The position numbers and the translations under genes were made by a program. This document shows positions 35,250-38,629 of a DNA stretch of 38,629 bases, piece after piece. Origin of the DNA: a virus (taxonomy: Duplodnaviria > Caudoviricetes); the IMG/VR virus record IMGVR_UViG_3300007363_002496, positions 1-38,629 of that record; one strand, 5' to 3'. The first letter of the stretch is position 1, and each line of letters opens with the position of its first letter. The notes under the pieces were generated by a model, which saw only the letters and a list, made by a program, of their open reading frames with translations, was not told where the DNA came from and ran no database searches.

Positions 35250-35486
35250 ATGTTTGGCCATGATCCAACCTGGAATAAAGAATTAGGCCAGCATACATGC
35301 TGTGGTAGTAAACATACCTACCACAAAACTAATTGCCCAAACAGGCGGTCAATGGTGATGGGACGGTTATCAGATCCAGATTTTATTAAAGTACAAGACT
35401 GCAAAGCGGAAGGGTATTCGTCTGGCCAGTGTGCCAGCTTACTAAATATGCCGCTTGAGCAAGTAAACGATTTATGGCTAGTATGA
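35250..35486 (+). CDS. Small Cys/His-rich protein with C-terminal HTH-like segment
   Basis: HTCCGSKHTYHKTNC; GYSSGQCASLLNMPLEQV. Confidence 0.6.
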   Translation: MFGHDPTWNKELGQHTCCGSKHTYHKTNCPNRRSMVMGRLSDPDFIKVQDCKAEGYSSGQCASLLNMPLEQVNDLWLV

Positions 35487-36415
35487 AAAAGATTCTTATT
35501 ACCGGCGGGCTGGGATTTATTTTCTCTCACGTCACTGAGCATTTAATCAAAGGGGGGAATGATGTGATGGTCCTTGATAATCTATCGGCTGGGTCACATC
35601 CCCAACTGGCTGATGTATTTAAGCGCCTAGCACCACAGTACAATGCCCGCTTTACCTTCGTGGAAACGGATGTCTCTTTCACTACCACTATTCCAATCAT
35701 CACTACTTTCAATCCGGAATACATCATCCACGCGGCCGCTATTTCTGATGTCGACTACTCAATCAAACAGCCAGTGAAGACTATTCAGGCCAACAACAAC
35801 GCCACACTGAACGTCTTTGAAGCCGCACGCCAGCTTAAAAACCTCAAGAAGCTTCTGTACGTGTCGACTGATGAAGTCTATGGCGAGTGTGATCATCCTA
35901 AAGGTGAAGAGGAAATCATCTTCCCCAAGAATCCGTACTCACTATCAAAAGCATTTGGCTCGATTCTGCGCCTTGCCTACGACAATACCTATCCAGAGCT
36001 GAAGGATAAAACCGTGGAGACACGCTTTTGTAATGTGTTTGGTCCACGCCAAGATGATCGCAAAGTGATTCCCGCTATCAAACGTGCTCTTAATGGTGGT
36101 GCACCACTAGTCGTACACAATGGGGGAAATGGCTACCGGCAATACATACACGTATCTGAAATCCCGCCAATCATCTCGATGCTACTTGAAGTTGGCAACC
36201 GCACGTACAACGTCACCACCGGAGAAGGGCTGACTGTAAATGAGCTGATATGGCACGCTAGTCAAATTGCAAATAAAGAAGTACCTACGGTCCCTGGAAA
36301 GCGCAGTGGCATGGATATCAAATACCAGATGAATCCGACCCGCTTAATTCACGAACTTGGCTGGAAGCCACAGCGAAAAATGCTAGAGTGTTTGAAAGAG
36401 TATCTACTTTCATGA
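35483..36415 (+). CDS. dTDP/UDP-glucose 4,6-dehydratase (RmlB-like extended SDR), allele B C-terminus
   Basis: ILITGGLGFI, HAAAISDVD, YVSTDEVYG (TDE), PKNPYSLSK (YxxxK), NVFGPRQ. Confidence 0.93.
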   Translation: MKKILITGGLGFIFSHVTEHLIKGGNDVMVLDNLSAGSHPQLADVFKRLAPQYNARFTFVETDVSFTTTIPIITTFNPEYIIHAAAISDVDYSIKQPVKTIQANNNATLNVFEAARQLKNLKKLLYVSTDEVYGECDHPKGEEEIIFPKNPYSLSKAFGSILRLAYDNTYPELKDKTVETRFCNVFGPRQDDRKVIPAIKRALNGGAPLVVHNGGNGYRQYIHVSEIPPIISMLLEVGNRTYNVTTGEGLTVNELIWHASQIANKEVPTVPGKRSGMDIKYQMNPTRLIHELGWKPQRKMLECLKEYLLS

Positions 36416-36804
36416 TCACCATTCACACTACACCGCCACCAAATTGGGATGCACTTGCATCATCATTCGGCGTGAAGTGGGAAGGTAGCTTAGTAGTGAC
36501 CTACGCCGGTGAGATCTACTGCCCGAGTGGAGTAGTCGCACCGGATGTTTTAGTGCATGAGATGGTCCACGTAGAACAGCAACGCGGTATGGATATGGAG
36601 ATCATGCTACAGCGGTACATGAATGATGTGGAGTATTTAAAATCGGTAGAGATACCAGCTTTCAAAGCGCAAGCCGCCTTTATTGATGCAACCCTTCCGG
36701 AAGCTCAAGCGTGGTGCCGGAAATACAAGATAGCCAAGACCATGGTGAGAATGTACAAAGGTGCCTTTACAATGGAAACCGCTAGCGGTATCATGAATCT
36801 ATGA
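36412..36804 (+). CDS. HExxH metallopeptidase-like protein, allele B
   Basis: LVHEMVHVEQQ; homologous to 379-807. Confidence 0.65.
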   Translation: MITIHTTPPPNWDALASSFGVKWEGSLVVTYAGEIYCPSGVVAPDVLVHEMVHVEQQRGMDMEIMLQRYMNDVEYLKSVEIPAFKAQAAFIDATLPEAQAWCRKYKIAKTMVRMYKGAFTMETASGIMNL

Positions 36805-36938
36805 AAATCTTTCAAGCATTAGTGGAGTGGGTACTGGCGTATGCAGCCATCATTGGAGCGCTCTTTACTGGCAAGATGATGTTGTCTGATGATAGTGACC
36901 TACCACCACACTTACGCCGAGAAAATATCTATGATTAA
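36801..36938 (+). CDS. 45-aa small membrane protein, allele B
   Basis: MKIFQALVEWVLAYAAIIGALFTGKMMLSDDSDLPPHLRRENIYD; homologous to 773-907. Confidence 0.75.
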   Translation: MKIFQALVEWVLAYAAIIGALFTGKMMLSDDSDLPPHLRRENIYD

Positions 36939-38031
36939 GCTCTTTCAACCATACGTATCACAGCAAGCACGCGACAATGTACAGCGGGTTTTAATGGGTA
37001 CACAATTGGCGCAAGGGCCAGAAGTGGAATTGTTTGAACAAGAATTTGCAGCTAAGTTTGGTTTTGAAGCATGGCAGATTGTTTCACTTAACAGCGGTAC
37101 ATCCGCATTGGAATTGGCGTATGAACTCTTGGAACTTACCCGCTATGACCACGTGATCTCACCAGTACTAACGTGCACCGCTACCAACATCCCCTTGGTC
37201 CGGCGTGGGGTGAAGATGAGTTTTGGCGATATTGAAGGAAAGAAGTCACTGAACATGTGTCCGGAAGATGCATCATTCAAAATACTTCCCGAAACCAAAG
37301 CTATTGTATTCGTGCACTTTGGCGGATCATCACGCAACCTACAAGCCTTTGAAGAACTGACCGAAGAGCATGGCTTGGACTTGGTATGTGATGCAGCACA
37401 GGCACTAGGCGCTGAGCTATCCCGCAAAGCACGTTTTTCATGCATCTCACTACAGGCCATAAAATCGCTCACAGCGGGTGATGGTGGCGTACTGGTATGT
37501 CGGGATAAGGACGATGCAATTAAAGCCAGAAAGCTACGCTGGTTTGGATACGATAGGGAGCTAAAACAGCGACTAGGTGACTGCGACTTGGAATTGGCCG
37601 GATATAAGATGCACATGAACGATATCAACGCTGCTATCGCTCGAGGTAATCTGGCAGTGTGGGATGAGGTAGTGGAGCACCGCCAACGCATTAACGATAT
37701 ATACAGTGATTATTATTCAGCGTATGTGTCAAGATACAGTGAGAAAGTTGCTTCTCGATTTATAGAGGGTATCTGGAATCCTCAAGTTACTGGCTTAGAC
37801 TACGAAACGTACAGTAGTTTTACAAACAAAGCTGATCCTCTTTCTGTATTCCCCGGCTTTGAAATTGGCCAATATCACTACCGCAACGACAAATACTCAA
37901 TCTTCCGTAGCGTATATAGCAATTGTCCAAACATGGATGCTCTTGAAAAGTACTATTTTATGTTGCCTTGTCACATGGGTATGAGCTTGAAAGATGCAGA
38001 GATGATAGCTAAAACACTATGGCCAAGGTAA
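36931..38031 (+). CDS. DegT-family sugar aminotransferase, allele B
   Basis: Same motifs as 911-1990; start MIKLFQPY by homology. Confidence 0.95.
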   Translation: MIKLFQPYVSQQARDNVQRVLMGTQLAQGPEVELFEQEFAAKFGFEAWQIVSLNSGTSALELAYELLELTRYDHVISPVLTCTATNIPLVRRGVKMSFGDIEGKKSLNMCPEDASFKILPETKAIVFVHFGGSSRNLQAFEELTEEHGLDLVCDAAQALGAELSRKARFSCISLQAIKSLTAGDGGVLVCRDKDDAIKARKLRWFGYDRELKQRLGDCDLELAGYKMHMNDINAAIARGNLAVWDEVVEHRQRINDIYSDYYSAYVSRYSEKVASRFIEGIWNPQVTGLDYETYSSFTNKADPLSVFPGFEIGQYHYRNDKYSIFRSVYSNCPNMDALEKYYFMLPCHMGMSLKDAEMIAKTLWPR

Positions 38032-38432
38032 AAAGCATTATCAAAATCAAACCCTTTGCAATTTCTGAGCCAGTCTTCGGCTCATGTATTACATTCTGCG
38101 TGGGTATGACCTATGCTCAAATGATGAAAGAGTGTCAAAACGGTGATGTTGTATTTCCTAAAGGCTACGATGATCCAAAAGACCATGAAGATTCAAATGG
38201 TTGCGCGTTGGCTTGTGATAGCAAAGATGGCTCTTGCAAGTACAGAATCCTATGGCTTAGAGAAGCAAACAATCTGCCAGTGTTGGTCCACGAAATAGTG
38301 CATAGCGTGCAATTCATTTTTAAATTTAAAGGCATATCAACCACTGCTGATGAACCGGAACCGATGGCATATTTCTGTGAATTTTATTTCCGAGAAGCCT
38401 TTAATCACTTGAAAAAGAAAGCCGTTATTTAA
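38019..38432 (+). CDS. HExxH metallopeptidase-like protein, found only in allele B
   Basis: VLVHEIVHSV...EPMAYFCE. Confidence 0.7.
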   Translation: MAKVKSIIKIKPFAISEPVFGSCITFCVGMTYAQMMKECQNGDVVFPKGYDDPKDHEDSNGCALACDSKDGSCKYRILWLREANNLPVLVHEIVHSVQFIFKFKGISTTADEPEPMAYFCEFYFREAFNHLKKKAVI

Positions 38433-38434
38433 CT

Positions 38435-38629
38435 ATGAGCCAAATTACCGATTCAATTGCAAAGATAAAAGCACTTGCCAAGGTGCCTTTGGTAGATGAT
38501 AGAGAAGTGAAGCGGGTGGAAATCATCATACTCAAATTCAAAGAACCGCCGGAAGTGATAGACAAATGCATCTCACGCATCATACACAACACTGACTGGC
38601 CTTTTAAACTGACCATTTTTGATAACAGA
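38435..38629 (+). CDS. N-terminus of GT2 glycosyltransferase, allele B (truncated by window end)
   Basis: MSQITDSIAKIKALAKVP..., homologous to the gene starting at 2202. Confidence 0.9.
   Translation, partial: MSQITDSIAKIKALAKVPLVDDREVKRVEIIILKFKEPPEVIDKCISRIIHNTDWPFKLTIFDNR

Noticed and set aside
1-38629. CRISPR array, tRNA genes, integrase/att sites, transposase, reverse transcriptase/DGR
   Set aside because: I saw no regularly spaced repeats, cloverleafs or catalytic motifs by eye. tRNAscan-SE and HMM searches would be needed to exclude them formally.
1-38629. Alternative genetic code (stop-codon reassignment)
   Set aside because: Genes are intact and tightly packed under code 11, and TAA, TAG and TGA all act as stops at gene junctions.
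36034-38629. True direct terminal repeat or recent tandem duplication
   Set aside because: The copies are identical only in the outer 110 and 90 bp and differ in gene content, unlike T7-type terminal repeats.

Overview
This window is an apparently complete, circularly closable genome of a podovirus-like tailed phage. It carries small and large terminase, a P22-like portal, scaffold and major capsid, adaptor and nozzle, LysM and 1609-aa internal proteins, fibres and a lysis cassette. The host is probably a Patescibacteria/Parcubacteria bacterium; this is inferred from the near-absence of Shine-Dalgarno sites and from protein motifs. The two ends are divergent alleles of one ~2.2-2.4 kb cassette bounded by identical 110-bp and 90-bp anchors, giving a unit length of 36,033 or 36,233 bp. 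Three features stand out. (1) I recognise no polymerase, helicase, primase, initiator or integrase gene, yet 22740-22996 looks like a bacterial oriC with phased DnaA boxes, DnaA-trios and an AT-rich tract, which suggests replication by host DnaA. (2) A nucleotide-sugar and glycosyltransferase cluster lies between the capsid and tail genes, and part of it is the swapped cassette. (3) Two families of phage-specific sigma70-like promoters are present, many driving leaderless mRNAs. All protein calls come from reading motifs by eye; no database search was run.
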